Of a stretch of 64,000 bases of DNA, positions 63,218 through 64,000 are shown piece after piece. Positions within the stretch are counted from its first letter, which is position 1. Each line of letters starts with the position of its first letter. The notes under the pieces are model-generated. The model made no database searches. It had not been told where the DNA came from and was given only the letters and a program-made list of their open reading frames with translations. The translations under genes and the position numbers were made by a program. Location of the stretch: contig JBFWRP010000005.1 in assembly GCA_050248855.1 (NCBI GenBank), positions 1 to 64,000 of the forward strand, given 5' to 3'. This DNA is from Planctomycetota bacterium (GTDB lineage Bacteria > Planctomycetota > PLA2 > JAEUHO01).

Positions 63218-64000
63218 ATGCGGACGCGAACCTGGGCCTGGCTGGCCATGAGCTTCCTCCTGGCCACGGCGTGCCGGTCAACCCCGCTGGACACGATCTG
63301 GCCGGGCTGCCCCACCTGCACGCCGGACTGCCCGCAGCCCATGGTCTGCCCCCCGACGGCCGTTTCGCCCCAGGTGGACCGTGGCCCCGACCGGGTGCCG
63401 ACGCAGGTGGTGATCGACGAGTCCATCTCGCCCGCCGTCGACTGCAACCCGATCATGACGCAGCACACGCTCGTGGCGACGGTGCTGGACCAGTTCGGCC
63501 AGCCCATGCCCGGCCAGCGCGTCGAGTGGATCCTGGGTCGCTTCGGGGACGCCGTCGGCGACATCATCGCCGTCGACGACCAGTACGGGTCGGGCACCAT
63601 CGCCCCGATCGCCAATGCGCGCGTCACCAACTCCGGCAACAAGTTCGACAACACGTACGTGGCCAGCGTGACGAACTACGGCCCCGAGCTGATCGACGCC
63701 GGCAACAACTTCCCCTACACGAACAGCGACGGCTCGCGACTGCCCGACTTCACCGTGGGTGCGGGGCAGTCGTGGTGCACGATCACGTCCGGGCGCGAAG
63801 GCGTTACGGACATCATCGTCTACGTCCCGGCCATCCGCGACGGCACCAAGCACAAGATCTGGGCCAAGAAGATCTGGGCCGACTTCGCCGTGGAGTTCCC
63901 GGCCGACGCCGTCAACCTGCTGCCCGAGGACACGCACCGCTTCCCGGTCCGCGTGCACCGCAGCGATGGCACGGGCATCCCCGGCCAGACGATCGAGGCC
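63218..64000 (+). CDS. Cys-rich lipoprotein, 5' partial; possibly the planctomycete DUF11/OmcB-like large surface protein
   Basis: GGAGG RBS; open to the window end (absent from the ORF track); MRTRTWAWLAMSFLLATAC lipobox; CPTCTPDC; QRVEWIL, KFDNTY and GQSWCTITS segments. Confidence 0.75.
   Translation, partial: MRTRTWAWLAMSFLLATACRSTPLDTIWPGCPTCTPDCPQPMVCPPTAVSPQVDRGPDRVPTQVVIDESISPAVDCNPIMTQHTLVATVLDQFGQPMPGQRVEWILGRFGDAVGDIIAVDDQYGSGTIAPIANARVTNSGNKFDNTYVASVTNYGPELIDAGNNFPYTNSDGSRLPDFTVGAGQSWCTITSGREGVTDIIVYVPAIRDGTKHKIWAKKIWADFAVEFPADAVNLLPEDTHRFPVRVHRSDGTGIPGQTIEA

Overview
Very GC-rich bacterial chromosomal window, probably from a Planctomycetota genome. That assignment is inferred from the tpiA-secG-yicC-gmk-rpoZ-coaC gene order, the split cytochrome b6-type bc complex with a multiheme partner, and the large membrane Ser/Thr kinase with FHA proteins. 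In order, the window holds: the probable 3' tip of an IS110-like transposase joined to a REP-like palindrome; an LPS-core/glycosylation operon (GT2 x3, GT4, GT9, two LPS/Kdo-type kinases); TPR and secreted proteins; a Ser/Thr kinase-FHA operon; cstA; an FHA-GAF-sigma54 activator; an orphan MerR-HTH-ParA; and waaF. A ~17 kb co-oriented respiratory cluster follows (HEAT protein, Rieske, cyt b6, subunit IV, octaheme cyt c, two cupredoxin-like lipoproteins, CcoN, triheme CcoO fusion, DsbD-like protein, Cu-ATPase, CcoS, heme-less CcoP remnant). After it come an animal-type heme peroxidase lipoprotein, aroF, a housekeeping block (tpiA to ftsK), a motor-less FtsK paralog, rimO, pgsA, pgpA, a membrane PP2C phosphatase, mazG and the start of a Cys-rich lipoprotein behind a structured leader. 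Intergenic DNA carries at least three families of dispersed palindromic repeats. One family has compensatory base changes around an invariant 32-nt core, and some copies are flanked by duplicated gene 3' ends. No rRNA, tRNA or CRISPR array was found. All calls rest on motifs read by eye; no database searches were run, and several start codons are best guesses.
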